A stretch of 64,000 bases of DNA. Source: Neodothiora populina. Lineage: Eukaryota. The position numbers and the translations under genes are program-made. This document shows positions 48,300 to 61,624 of the stretch, piece by piece; within the stretch, counting starts at the first letter, position 1, and the number at the start of each line of letters is the position of its first letter. The stretch is taken from contig NW_027191411.1 in NCBI RefSeq assembly GCF_041146345.1, forward strand, positions 1 through 64,000, in the 5' to 3' direction. The notes beneath the pieces were generated by a model. That model was not told where the DNA came from. It made no database searches and worked only from the letters and a program-made list of their open reading frames with translations.

Positions 48300-49428
48300 G
48301 GGTGGTGTGAGACGATGAAAGTGTGAGAGGTCAGGTCAGGTAGAGCAGACAACGATGGTGGGGCTGCAGTTCAGCTGCTGACTTGAGGCTGACCACGTCG
48401 GACAATTCGATCAAAGGGAGACGCGGTCGATCAAGGACACGCGGCACTTTTCCACTCGAGTGTGTGTCGCTTATTGTCGGATGGATGAGAAGAAGGACAA
48501 GAATGCTGTAGATGAAAAAAAAAGCTGGCGCGTATGTGATTATAATAATAAACCAAGAGCTGAGCACACAAGTCTTGGATGAGTATCCAAGTATTATTGG
48601 ATAAGAGTAGAAGGTGACAATGACACAAGAAGATAAGAAACACGACGAACAGGTGGGGAAATGATTGGAAGATGCAGCTGCAAGTATAACCAATCTGATT
48701 TGGTTGTGGTGGCAGCGGCCCGAGATCCTCAGATCCCCCTCGAGTCCCTCCACTTACTTTGACTTTGATTGGGCTAGTTACTGTATTGCGGAATAAGAAC
48801 CGCCTGAGTGAAGACAAATAAATAAGCCTGACCGGTCAGTCTTGACTAGCTTGTGATACTGTTGCCGCTGTCGTGTATAAATGAAAGATCAGCTTCGGCG
48901 CGTGTGTTTGTGCAAGTCTGAGTCGTTGCATAATCTGCAGATCTGGGGTAAGGTATCTTGACCTCCCTTCTAAGAACTCCTCTTCCTCTCACATCCTTAG
49001 CTACCTCGACCTACCTACCTTACCTTAGCTACCCTCTGTCATGAATCAGACATCTTCAAGACACCCAAGTACTCGATAGTACCTGCGTTTCTTGTACGTA
49101 AACTTGCCTCAAAATGTCATTCGGCTTGATCATGTTCGCTACAGGATATATACACAGTTTAGGCATCCTCCCCACGTGGTTGATGCCCACCAACAGCAGA
49201 GGACTACGGTACCTCGTTCCTTCTCTTTTCCTTCCTTTCAGACTGCTGTAGTCAATAGTCATCCGGACGACAACTCCATCTCCAAGGTGAGGTAAGGTAG
49301 GTGGGCTCAGAGAGACTACACTACTGCCAAGCTGTAAAGGGTCATAGGTAATCGCCATCTCTCTTTTTCTCATATTGCTCTGTTCCTCCCATGTCCTGTG
49401 GTCCTGTGATTCATCATCCCCTCCGAAC

Positions 49429-50908
49429 ATGCGCCGCATCCACCACCTTCGAGGCGTGTCCAGCGCCGAAGATATAGGCGCTATGATTCCCTCAAACAAT
49501 CCCCAGCTTCCTGTTCCATATCTGTCCAAGCAACCAAAGACTCTCTCTCGCTTCTCCTCTGTTGCAAACCTGCTTCGCGAAGACTCCGAGTGGTCGCCGC
49601 CTCCAGATCGAAAGCTCTGCAAAGATATGCCTTGCCTCCCTAGACGCTACTTGCACTGGTCCAGGTCTGTCAAACCTGCCGACCCCGATGAGACTACTGT
49701 TTGGATCTTCGACAACACCGCCTTCCGTCTCGACGAGTAAATCCAAGTCAATTGCCGCTGCTCTTATCATATGACCTGCTGACTGAGATCCAAGCGTTCC
49801 TGACGCTGCCAGCAAGTTTCCTCATCAAAAGTCAAGTCACGCATTCGTCGATCTTGCTCAGACCAGCAAACTGCTTCCGCCGCCTCCTGCGCGTTGGCAA
49901 GTCGAGTATGTCGTGGCATACTTTGCCGAGAAGCTCATCCATGATCCTAACATGGTCGCCAAGGCAGTGTGCGCAAAACTTAAGTTGAGCCAAACAGATC
50001 TAGTCATGCATGCAATACAAGAACGCCTCGAGCCTTTCATCACACCTGTGTTGCCGCGCGCTACCCTCCGTATCAAAATTGACCATGTCGAGACACAGAC
50101 TCTGGGACCGGCATCATCATTCGGAATCTCTTCGTCGGTCAACACATTTCATTTCGAACCCCCATCCGGCCACCATGTCACAACCTCCGCTGCTGCGCTC
50201 ACCGGCCCTTCAAACTTTGTGCTTCCATGCACCACCGTGCTCGCCGAGCCCCACGGTTGGGGTGTCATCTCCGATCTTGACGACACGATCAAGATGACCG
50301 GCACCCCGTCTCCGATCGCCGTACTCAAGTCGACATTCATCGACGATCCCGAACCTGTGCGTGGTATGCCGGAGCTCTACAGTCGTATGCACGAGCTCCT
50401 CTCCAACCCCATATGGTTCTATGTTTCTGCCTCACCCTACAACCTCTATCCGTTCCTGCGCAAGTTCCGCGACATGTACTACCCACGGGGCACAATCATC
50501 TTGCGGGATGCATCATGGCAGAACCTGGCGGGACTGATGAGCAGTCTGTGCGTAGACGTGCAAGAGTACAAAATCAACCGCATGATGAAGATCCACGGCT
50601 GGTTCCCCAAACGCGCATTTGTGTGCGTGGGCGACAGCACACAAAAAGACCCGGAGATGTACGCCGAGATGGCCAGACGGTTCCCTGGCTGGATCAAGGC
50701 CATATTCATCCGACGTGTGTCTGACGACGATGATGTTATGGGAGACAGAAACAGGAACAGCGACGCGAGATTCGAAAAGGCGTTTGAGGGATTGAGGATT
50801 TCGTCCGGGTGCAGTTGGGTTGTGTTTGACGAGCCGGACGAGGTCAATGGCAAGATCAATGAGATATTGACGACGGAGTTTTTGCCCGAGCGGGTGGTTG
50901 AGCTTTGA
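49429..50908 (+). CDS. App1-like phosphatidate phosphatase (DUF2183), 2 exons
   Basis: VWIFDNTAFR, GWGVISDLDDTIK (DxDxT), YVSASPYNLYPFL and CVGDSTQKDPEMY. The start codon is uncertain. Confidence 0.85.
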
Positions 50909-50909
50909 C

Positions 50910-50939
50910 GATGATGATGATGATGATGATGATGATGAT
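50910..50939. repeat. (GAT)10 microsatellite after the App1-like stop codon
   Basis: Read directly from the sequence. Confidence 0.95.
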
Positions 50940-51681
50940 ATTATCGATTCTTTGCACAGATCGAGAATGAAAGAAGCATTTCTATCCAACTCTCCAAAGA
51001 CATTGTCATGTCTATGAGTAGGCTGTCTGACTCATTGTAATTTTCCCTTCTTCCTTCTATGTCTCTTCTCATCGAGGAAGGTGCAATCCTCCCCGCCTAC
51101 CTGCATCTATCTTTTCCAAGGTATATCTCTCCAATGTTTCCAATAATGATACCCAGGTAATCTTTCTTTTTATTCCCTTCTAAACATATTCATCGGCAAA
51201 CAGGTCTGTCTACTCCTGGGTCTTCTGACGCTTGTTGGGCGGCATTGATTCTGACGATGATGATGACTTGTCTTGGTCCCTATAGTCGACACAAAAAAGA
51301 AAAGGTCATTACCAATCAGCCGGGGTCCTTTTTTCTCTTCTTATTCGTTTGTGTTGACATGGATTTATGAGGTCGAGGGCAGATACAATGCAATGCGACG
51401 CGATCAGACAAGACAACAACAACAACGACAAAAGGGGCAGATGGATCAAATCAACAAAGTCTATTGGACCGATATCCTCCATGCCAAAAATCGACAAGAC
51501 GACGGTTCCATATTTCTAATCGTCTTCCTTTCTTCTTTTCTTCTTCGTCTTCTTCATCATAATCATGAGTCCTCCTTGTTTCCAATAATGCAAGTCTCTA
51601 ATGTCTCCTCTCGCTTTCTGGCAACAAAACACGACAACAAAAACAAAACTTCGCAGTGGCGGGTGCTCTTGACAAGAAAAC

Positions 51682-53304
51682 TTACGATTTGATGAGCAGA
51701 GAAGTGCCAGTCATCTCCTCGGGCTGAGGAAGTCCCATGACGGCGAGAATGGTGGGGGCGACATCGCCAATGACACCGTTGGTCTTCTTGAGAGAGTATC
51801 CCTTGGGGGCGTTGGCCATGACGAAGGGAACCTTGTTGAGCGTGTGAGACGTCTTGGGCGTCTTCTCCTCGGTGAGCATCTCCTCGGCGTTTCTGTCATG
51901 TCGTCAGTATGATTGGAGGGTCAAAATTGGAAAGAAGAGGGGGAAAACTCACCCGTGGTCGGCGGTGATGAACAGAGTGTATCCGTGGGCCTTGCATGCC
52001 TCGTAGACCTTGCCAATGGCCTTGTCGGTCTCGGTACAGGCCTCGACGGCGGCGGCGTAGACGCCGGTGTGGCCGACCATGTCGGGAGGGGCAAAGTTGT
52101 TCATGAGGAACTCAAACTTGCCCTCGGCGATGCGCTCGCTGAGCTTGTCGGCGACAGCCATGGCGCTCATCTTGGGCTGCAAGTCGTAGGTGGCGACGCG
52201 GGGAGAGGGAACCATGTCGCGCACCTCGTTGTCGAACTGCGTCTCGACACCACCGTTGAAGAAGAAGGTGACGTGGGCGTACTTTTCCGTCTCGGCGACG
52301 TGGCACTGGTGCACCTTCTGCTTGGCCAACCACTCGGCGAGGACATTGTCCATGACTTGAGGAGCGAAAGCGATGGGGAAGGTGTAGTCGGTCTTGTAGC
52401 GGGTCATGGTGGTGATGTCGATGCCGGCAGGGTAGGGGAAGTCGGGACGCGGAGAGCGGTCCTGGTCTCCGAGGAGCTGAGTGATCTCACGCACACGGTC
52501 GGAGCGGTAGTTGAAGAAGAAGAGAGTGTCGTTCTCCTGCACGCGACCCGCCTTGCCGTTGACGATGATGGGCTTCAGGAACTCGTCCGTCTCTCCCCTG
52601 CTGTAGCGCTCTTCGATGGTCTTGACGGGGTCGGTCGACTCCTCGCCCTCGCCCTTGACGATGCCGTCCATGGCCAGAGTGACGCGGTCCCAGCGCTTGT
52701 CGCGGTCCATGGCGTAGTAACGGCCGACGACAGTGGCGATCTTGCCGACACCGGTCTGCTTGCAGTGTTCGAGGAGACTCTTCATGTGGCCAGCACCAGA
52801 CTTGGGGTCCGTGTCACGGCCATCACCAAAGAAGTGGATGTAGACCTCGGGCACCTTGTACTCCTTGGCCACGTCGATGAGCTTGACGAGGTGCGAGATG
52901 TTTGCGTGCACACCGCCGTCCGACACGAGACCCAGCAGGTGTAGTCTGCCGTTGCCCTTCACTGCTCTTTCGAAACACTTCTTGATGTTCTCGTTCTTGT
53001 TGAGTTCGCCCTTCTTGATCGTCTGGTCGATGCGGACAACGTCCTGCCAGACAACACGACCGGCGCCGATGTTCAGGTGACCGACTTCGCTGTTGCCCAT
53101 GAGGCCCTCGGGCAGACCGACGGCGAGCGAAGAAGCCTCGAGTTCCGTGTAGCCCTCGGTCATGTCGCTGCCCTCCTTCTTGAACTCGTCCATCCAGGGA
53201 GTGTCGGCGTTGAGGATGGCGTTGCCGTCCTTGGCCGAGTGGGCGCCGCCGATGCCCCATCCGTCGATGCAGATGAGCACAGCCTTTTGCTTGACGTCTG
53301 CCAT
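51682..53304 (-). CDS. gpmI: 2,3-bisphosphoglycerate-independent phosphoglycerate mutase (2 exons)
   Basis: IDGWG, MGNSEVGHLNIGAGR, SDGGVH, DGRDT, GRYYAMDRDKRW, ETEKYAHVTFFFNGG, PDMVGHTG and TADHG|NAE. Confidence 0.96.
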
Positions 53305-55061
53305 GATGTGCGTGATTTGTGACGAGGTGGAGGTTTGGTGGTGGAGTGGTGGTGACGAAAAGGAAGAAGAAAGCGAGGCTGTTGGAGATTCGACTTTGGC
53401 GTCAGTAACAAACCAGACAGGAAGCTGCGTTTATTAAGCTTTACAGTGACTTCCATTTCCATATCGTTGAACAGCCGTCACTTGATGTACCCCTCCGATA
53501 GAGGACTTGTATTCCATACGCAGTGACATTGTTCACAAATGGACAGAACAAAGAGGAAACTTACTTGGTTTCAAATAGATATGACCTGCTGCTGAGAATG
53601 TTGCCGTAGATGGACAGGAAGATGGCAGAAAGAGGTGAAGGGTAAATGTAGACTGGTGGGATGTGATAAGATGGACACTCTACACTCAAATGGATGATAT
53701 TATTATTGTTGAACAAGCAGAAAGAAAAACAACTGTCGGCTGGGTTTTGTTCTATTCCTTTTCCGCTCAGAAGACCTATTCGAGAGTGTCAGCGCACCTC
53801 ACCCAATCCCTGATCTTGAGGCCTCACCTTAATTATCACTCCATCACACGCTGGCTGCTGGCTGGCGGGGCTCTTTTTTCTTCTTGGGAGGGAAAGGAGG
53901 GGCCCTTTCTCGGCCAACACTTCTGAAGCCTCGGCCCTATTCTATTCTCTTGCTCTCTGTCTCCTCCCAATCGGCCGCCTTCGGCTCTTCCGGCTGCCTG
54001 TCCTGCATCTACCTTAATTACCTTGCTCTGCTGGGCCATTGCGCTTGGGGTGACACCACCACCACCACCGCTCTGGTGACATGATCTCTCCTCCCCTCCC
54101 GACCCTGGACCTTGTCGAGTCTTTATCGTTGTCCTTGTCGATACAGTAGTTGCATTAATTACTCGTCTTTGCAAAAGGACAACCTGTCAGTCGTGTCACC
54201 CTAACTCTTAGTTGTACGAGTCCGGCGTCCGGAGTCCGCAGTCCCGAGTTGCTCGCGACTCGACGGGAACCCTGTCCGCATAGTTGAAATACCTCGACCT
54301 CTATCATACTACCTACGTGACCATGAGTACTGCACCGAGACCTCTGATAATAACATCATGATGTTACCTCTCTCTATAACCTACACTGTGCCCCACACGA
54401 GCTCGAGAACATCTGTCGGAATAGTGCTTTGTGACCATTGAGGACTTTTACTTGCAATGCGGCTATCGGTGAGACCTGACTGGGTTGATGAGCTGCCTCA
54501 CCAACTGGTTACTTACATCACCATATAAAGACAAACGACCAGGATAGCAAGCATGGTTCGGTCGAATGCCACCCGCTGGAGTCACATTCAGCCCGAAGCG
54601 GAGGTATTCGCCAACTCGCATGAAACTGGACGAGTGCTGCGGCCATTGCCTACGATGATTGTTCCATCGGACCATCCCTATCATTACAGCGTGCCACAAG
54701 CGACGTCCGAGAATGCTGGAGCCAGAACTTCACTCTCGCCTGTTACATCGCTCTTGAGAAGCTTACAAGTAAGATATATTGGTAAGCACCGCTCCTGACG
54801 ACTCCGCAAATCAGGCACCTCCGTTCGAATGTGCCCCGCAGGATTCAAGGTCGCAGCTGCGCAATCTATATCCTGCGATTGCACCAAAGATTACCTCTAA
54901 TGGCAACGCGTCAACCATGTAGGTGGGACAGATCAATAAGCAAAAATGTAAGTCGCCATCGATTATAAATGGAGCATATAAGCATATCATCACTCTTTCT
55001 CTGTACCACACGTCTTCCCTCGCTTCACCCTTACTTAGACACTCCTAGCCAGTCTAACAAA

Positions 55062-55942
55062 ATGTCAAAAGTAGTCCTGGTCACTGGAGGCACCCGTGGC
55101 ATTGGCGAGGGAGTCGCCCGTCGTCTGGGTCGCGAAGGCTGGACTGTTGTCATTTCTGGCAGAAATGTGGAAAAAGGATCAAAGGTGCGAATTATATGTC
55201 TCTGCTTCACCTGCTAGACTTGACCAGTCTGACCCTCAACGCTCTCTTCTTCTAGGTCGTCAAGGACATCGAGACTGCGGGCGGCAAAGCTTCCTTCATT
55301 GCAGCCGACCTGTCCCAACGCGACCAAGTCATTGCTCTGCATGACAAGATCCTGAGCACCCACGGACGACTAGACGCCGCCATAAACAACGCTGGCATAA
55401 CAGTTGGCGCTGCACCATTCGCAGAGCAGAGATTCGAAGATCTCGAGAATGCCTTCACTGTGAATGTGTTCAGCGTCTTCTGGTGCATGCAGGCTCAGAT
55501 CAAAGCCATGCTGCCCAACAAAAGGGGCGCCATCGTCAACATGGCTTCGACGGGTGGATTGCACGGCGTCCCCGGGTGTGGAATCTACACGGCCTCGAAG
55601 CACGCCGTGAGTTCCTTTCTCTCATCAATTCATTCAGAGCATCCAAAAAGAACAAGAAGCTGATCCATACCAAAGGTCATTGGATTCACCCGCACAGCAG
55701 CGCTAGACTACGCCAAAGACGGCATCACCATCTCCGCCGTCGCCCCAGCATGCATTCGCACAGACATGATGCAAGGATTCTTCGACGAGGGCCTGTGGAG
55801 CGAGGAACAAGCGGCCGCCTTTCAGCCCGTCGGACACTTGGGTGAGGTCGACGATGTGGCCAAGGCTGTTTCGTATCTGCTTGACTCGCCTTTTGTTACT
55901 GGTACTGTTCTCGAAGTCGATGGCGGCATCAGCGCCAAGTAA
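55062..55942 (+). CDS. Classical short-chain dehydrogenase/reductase (3 exons)
   Basis: VTGGTRGIG, AINNAG, IVNMAS, YTASKHA and VDGG. Stop TAA at 55940-55942. Confidence 0.9.
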
Positions 55943-56301
55943 GATGGTTGATCCTTTCTCTCTTTCAATTTGCTGTGAACAGAACGTAACTCGAAAATCG
56001 AAACTTCTGCATTCGTATGAGGTAGGAAACAATAAATGAAATTTACCGACTCGATGCGGATCTTGGGATATCTCTCGCCCTAACTCTATGTATAAGAATA
56101 TGACACATTATAGGTTCTACTATTACTCTGAACTCTTTGATTTTTTTTTCCTCTTTGGAAGAAGGTAAGGCTTTTGGAAATGTTTGGTGAGAACAGGTTA
56201 TAGATGAGTAGAAGAAACAGGCTAGCACTGAATATCGTGTGTTCCATATCTTATCCTTCTTTCTACTCGGCCCGGCCTGTCCTCTTCTTGTGCTTCTGCT
56301 C

Positions 56302-56348
56302 CTTCTTCTTCTTCTTCTTCTTCTTCTTCTTCTTCTTCTTCTTCTTCT
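56302..56348. repeat. (CTT)n microsatellite, about 15 units
   Basis: Read directly from the sequence. Confidence 0.97.
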
Positions 56349-56543
56349 CCACACCTGCGCTCTTCGTATACTCCAACATTAAGATTAGTTCCTTAGTAAT
56401 GCAGACATGGCTACTGATAGTTTGCCGTCTTCTTCGGATTTCTGTATTTACTTTGCATGCATGACCTGTCTGTGAATTCCTTGTCTCTCGCTGTCTCTCA
56501 ACTCCTCTCTCTCTACACAATTCTAATGCCGTGGTTCCACCCC

Positions 56544-57649
56544 TTAGAGGATGAAGTGAATGACATCTAGGACACCACCGAGGACACATCCAACGAGACC
56601 GGTGACGCCACCGAGAACGACCGTGAGGGTGTCGGCAACAAGGGTCAAGAGGCCGGAAACGATGCAGCCGAGGGAGCTGACGAGACCGCCGAGAACGACC
56701 TGGAGGGTGTGGACGACGGTGTTGAGCGTCGCGAGGCCGAAGATGGAGATGGTGGCGCTGATGGTGAATTCGACTTCGACGAGGAGAGCAGAGAGGAGAG
56801 AAGAGAGCTCGGCGGTGGTGTGGCCGGCTGCGAGTTCGACGCCGGCTCCGATCTTAGCGCATTGGTGCTGGGCCCTGCTGATCAGGAGGGTGAGTTGAGC
56901 AATCTCGGTCTCGACGGTCTTGAGAGCGGGGGAGAGGAGGTTCTGGGGGCTGGAGCTTGTGAGGCCCTTGCAGGTGGAGTCTGAGGAAGTTGTTAGTGAT
57001 GCACTTTTCAAGAACAGAGCTATATCGACTCACTGATCTGGCCGGTCAGGACGAAGACCTCCTTGTTGATGATCTCGATGAGAGACCATGCATCAGCGGA
57101 TGCAGAGATGTCGACTTCGAGTCCAGCGCCGAGAGAGATGTTGCCCAAACCACCAAGGGACACACCAGCGCCGACACCGACATCGAGGCCAGCACCATGG
57201 CCATCAGCGCCGGCACCAAGGCCAACGCCAACACCGGCACCGAGACCAGCACCAGCACCGTTTGCACCAGCACCAACCCCGGCACCGACACTGACACCAG
57301 CACCGAGGCCGGCACTGTTCGCACCAGCGCCGACACCGAGGCCAAGACCGGCACCGAGTCCGAGTCCGGCGCCTTGTCCTGCGGTACCAGTGGTAGCAGG
57401 GGCAGCAGCAGCAGGCAAGCTGGTCTTGCTACCAGCGCCCAATGCGTTGGTGGCGGCAGCGTTGGCGGCAGAGTCAATGGTCCTGGTGGACCAGCTGGTG
57501 GTGTCGCCACCGTAGGTCGAAGTCCAGCTGTATGCGGTGCTCCAGCTGGTGAAAACCTCGCTGGTGTCGGGGTTTCTCTTCTCAATGGCAGCAGCCGAAG
57601 AGAGGCCCATGAAGGCGGTCGCCGCGATGACTGAGGAAGTAACCTTCAT
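56544..57649 (-). CDS. Secreted Gly/Ala-repeat protein with hydrophobic/amphipathic C-terminal domain (2 exons)
   Basis: Signal peptide then IEKR, GAGLGAGVGVG-type repeats, an intron GTGAGT...CTAAC...CAG joining GQI|NSTCKG, and a Leu/Val/Gly-rich tail. Confidence 0.8.
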
Positions 57650-59683
57650 TGTGGAATATTAGTTGTAATGAGTGACAAAAAATTATATATTATGTTCAAA
57701 AGAATGACTGAATGATTGAGAGAGTGAATGTGCTAGTTGGTGAAAACGAGAGAAGAATGCCGTCTGGACTGGCAGATATAGGGAATAGAGAAAATGATTG
57801 TGATTGTGAATGGTATGATCAACAGGAGAGACACTTCGACCACTTTATACCTACACCGTTCTATTGCAAGCAGCCTTGACGTCTCTCTCAGGAGTCTGTC
57901 ATCCAATTACTATTCCGGGCCACTTGTTTCACAATATTACCAGAATTGTGACTTGCCACTCCACATGCCCTGGTGGCAGAGCTCGAACAGGGGTCTTCAT
58001 GTGCAATCGATGAAGGTGTAGCCTTGGTTTCTTGGAGCTCGAGTCAGCAAGGCTGCCGCACCATAGCGATCGGCCACCGGACGGACAGTGCAAAAGCTGT
58101 CTCAGAGCAATATCCAGACATTGACAGCTAGCTGATCTGCACTCCTGACCCCCGGAGAACGGGTATCTGGCTCCGCGGCGGCAGTCGTTCCTGGCAAAGA
58201 TCCGGGCTTTTCGGGAAATAAATATACTGTCATTCTTCCACGAACGTGAATGACCTGCGGCTGGGCACTTTACCAGGCCGTCGAGGTCTGGGTCTCAATA
58301 GTGCTATGATTATTGGACAATTTCGATGCTCAGATCCCGTCAAGGCATCGCAACATCAGTAGGGACAGAAAATTGATCGAAATCATGTTAGCTTGCTCTT
58401 GCCTTCGCCTCTCAGCCATGCACGCGAAGCAGCAACTTGACACGCATCATAGCAAGAATAGGCGGTTTCATAAGACAGCGGACCAAGTCCATCTTCAATA
58501 TAGTCTCCAAGAACACTCGTTACGGTGACATCGAACCCACGAGGAGTCGGTCTGTACAGCAGAATCCACAGAAGATGAAACGCAAGGCGTGGGGCTGGCA
58601 GTCAAGCTCGAAGTCTGTAGACAATTATAGGCGCGGTAATATAACTCTATCTCCGCCTCGGTCTCGACAGCAGAATTCTTACTCGTAGCAGGCAGGTAGG
58701 ATCCCGCCGTCACCACTCAGTAGAACTCATGCCTGGAACAGTCACGCAGAGAAATGGAGAGGTTGAAGATGATGTTTACAGCACGATATGCGACAGAGAA
58801 TCATTGTAAGGCTAGGTGCACCAATCGTAATTACAAGAAATATTTCCAAATTGAGATGATGCACAGAGTGTGGTGAAGCATTGATCCGTGCGCAGGCACC
58901 GGCCCGCTGCCACGTCGATCATGCCTACTGCCGGATGCATTTTCTCTAATAATCAGAGGTTCAGGGCAGCGTCTCTGACTTGTCGCTACACATAACTGTA
59001 CCAACCACTCCTTCATAGTCTCGTGTTCGGATGGAAAAGTAATGGTCCAGAAGTGCGAAATCTATTGTTGAGCATCCACACAGCCTCCCATGTCTCACCA
59101 TAATCCGCCAACATCTAGTGTCGAGGTCGATCGGTATGTACGGAGCATTGACAGCCCTGTACAAGTGGGCAGCTGCATCGTCCAGCATCTGCTCAAGTTG
59201 TGGCGCGGCGTAGAATCACAGAATTTCGAGAAATTTGGTCACTTCACAGACGTCATACTCGAAGACTAGAGGAGGTGTGCGATACGATGCATATCATCTT
59301 GTGCGTTGAATCAGGGTGATAACATGCTGATCATATTCACCACGCCGGATGTTCTGGCAGCCGGGCTGAGAAGCACAGGCGGCGCTGCACAAAGCGCTGA
59401 GTCATATCATCTTGTGGTCCATGTACGTGAATGCAGTAATAAACAACTCAAAAACCGAGATTGAACTGTCGTGATACAAATATGCTGAAGTTATCTCATA
59501 CTTTGTCTGGCAAGTTCGCACTTTTGGCGGCTTCACACCAGACATAGGGGGGTATCATCATCCGAAAATAAAAATTTGCAGCAAGAGAAACGAAAGATGC
59601 TGCTGATACAGTCACCAAACCCTCTACGCCAAAGATGGATTGAGCTGTAAACAGACGCCAAAAGCGGGCGATCGAGCCCCTCA

Positions 59684-61624
59684 TCAGACTAATAGCACGC
59701 GTTGGCCATTTTCCTCCATGGCACTTAGCCAGCTATAGCCTATCCGACTACTGCTCGGGCTTCGTTCGCGCCAGTATAGCCAGCACCTCTCCATGATACG
59801 GAGTACGGTAACAGAATTGCCAAAGTCATGGGCTCCTCTGCCCAGGTCGACAATCGTCTTTCTGAAGAATGACTGCAAGGTCGGATCATGAGCCATTGAT
59901 CCGGCGATACATATGGGCCATACTAGACTACGAGCATCTTGTATGTCGCAGACATTCTGCATCTCTTGGAGTGCGTTTGCCGCCTGCTTCACGCTTGTCT
60001 GCATCTCCTGAGTATAAGGGAAAGCACCCATGACCGTGGAGTTGAGGTAAACCTGTGTGGCATGCGCAAAAGCTAACGTCACAGCCCGATGAACTGCTTC
60101 TGTGCGAGCGGTTGTATTGAGCATAAGTTGAGTTCTCCCAAGTGTAGAGAAAGCATGCTCTACCTCCTCACGTAGAGCGCCGATGCCTGTCATCAAGCGT
60201 TGGCGGATCGGATTTCCTCGCTCCACAAGCTCCCACGTGGAGAGTGTGTGTTCCTGCGCTTCTTGGTGGATCTGTGCTATCTCGCCTATGAGGACGGCCA
60301 CCCAAGCATGGCAGCCGATAATATTGGCGAGGTTGACTTGACCACTTACGAGCAGACGCTCGTGTTTGTTCTTCATCAATGGGCCCTTTCCAGTAGACGC
60401 ACATGCTATGATATCGAACCAGAGAACAGCGCCGGTCAGAAAGTGTTCGGCCGTGTCCATCAAGCTCTCGGAGCTCGATATGTTTCTGTTCATTGGAGTT
60501 GATGAGCTAGGAGTGTGGTCGCTCATCACCTCGCTGTTTCCTTGTGTGAGCGAAAGTGAAGTCGCAAGGTATTTTAGATGCGGCTCCCAAACGTTGATGC
60601 CTCCGCGGAACAACTCAAAGCTGATGAATTGCACACCGCATGCAAGGACTTGGAGGTTTCTCTTCTTTCCACGATCGCCTGTATCTGTATTGGAAGAGTC
60701 ATACTCGTGTTGTAGAAATCTTTGAACCTCTTGCAAAGCACGAGTATGGTGCTCGTTGAGTTCGACTAAGATGTCATGTCGATTAGCATTATCATTCAAC
60801 GCATGTTGGTGGAGAGCGCCCAGCGAAAGTGCTGCATGATATAAGGGCTGAGTTTCCGTCAACAACCACAAGAGCCAGCCTCTACCCCCAGCACTGACTG
60901 AGGGCTGATGAAAACGAAATTGAAGAGCAAAGACCTGATCAAGATAATGCATTAGTAGTTCTGCTTCCCTTGCATTATTGAAACGAAGTTGTGAAGTACT
61001 GCGTGGGAGCTGTGAGCAGCCCGATCCAGAAGTATCTGGTGTCGCTATGGACGCATTGGTCTGATTGTTAACTGGCGTATATGACTTAATGGACCCAGCC
61101 ACAGGAGATACTTGAGAAGGAGCAGCGCTATTGTGGCCATGAACATGGTTTTCCAGGTCGTCGATCTCTACATTTGTTATCCCATGACTGATAGATCCCC
61201 TGTCAGCAAGTCGCAGTATCTCGGCACACACGTACGAAATACATATAACCCACCTCAGCATCATTTCTCTACATGATTCCGCAACCACCAGGTCACTGGT
61301 ACTATTCTGTGATACCTCTGAACGAAGTTGACTGGCTACATGTGATGTTCGTCGTTTTGTCAAAGGTCGCTGTTGCTGCAGTTGAATCCGCCTCTGCCTG
61401 CGCTTGTTTTCCTTGACGATGTGTTGAATCCGGTCGAGCTCAGCCTTCTGATTTTGCCCACCATCCATCCAGGACGGCTTCTCGGGATTATATCCATGGC
61501 AAGTAATCGTGCGTTGCACACAAGCTGTGCAGGCAGGTTGATCTTCATCACATTTCTTCCGCCGCAATTTGCAAGTCCAGCAGGCGTTGGATCTGCGGCT
61601 TGCCGTGCCCCGCATCTGTGACAT
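59684..61624 (-). CDS. Zn(II)2Cys6 transcription factor with Fungal_trans_2-type domain
   Basis: ACWTCKLRRKKCDEDQPACTACVQRTITC, LLMHYLDQVF, GGRGWLL, LWFDIIAC and LVWPICIAG. A short in-frame intron near 61200-61255 is likely. Confidence 0.9.
   Translation of the reverse strand: MSQMRGTASRRSNACWTCKLRRKKCDEDQPACTACVQRTITCHGYNPEKPSWMDGGQNQKAELDRIQHIVKENKRRQRRIQLQQQRPLTKRRTSHVASQLRSEVSQNSTSDLVVAESCREMMLRWVICISYVCAEILRLADRGSISHGITNVEIDDLENHVHGHNSAAPSQVSPVAGSIKSYTPVNNQTNASIATPDTSGSGCSQLPRSTSQLRFNNAREAELLMHYLDQVFALQFRFHQPSVSAGGRGWLLWLLTETQPLYHAALSLGALHQHALNDNANRHDILVELNEHHTRALQEVQRFLQHEYDSSNTDTGDRGKKRNLQVLACGVQFISFELFRGGINVWEPHLKYLATSLSLTQGNSEVMSDHTPSSSTPMNRNISSSESLMDTAEHFLTGAVLWFDIIACASTGKGPLMKNKHERLLVSGQVNLANIIGCHAWVAVLIGEIAQIHQEAQEHTLSTWELVERGNPIRQRLMTGIGALREEVEHAFSTLGRTQLMLNTTARTEAVHRAVTLAFAHATQVYLNSTVMGAFPYTQEMQTSVKQAANALQEMQNVCDIQDARSLVWPICIAGSMAHDPTLQSFFRKTIVDLGRGAHDFGNSVTVLRIMERCWLYWRERSPSSSRIGYSWLSAMEENGQRVLLV

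Noticed and set aside
48185..48352. N-terminal SVCL-repeat extension of the kinase ORF
   Set aside because: Translation through the microsatellite from a non-ATG start; homology begins at MANNLQVQPCRY
51913..52944. 343-aa plus-strand ORF (also 45058-45678 and 47519-48001)
   Set aside because: Antisense shadows of strongly codon-biased genes (gpmI, GH5, cmkB) with no motifs of their own
56043..56589. Poly-Arg, poly-Phe and poly-Lys ORFs
   Set aside because: Artefacts of the (CTT)n repeat
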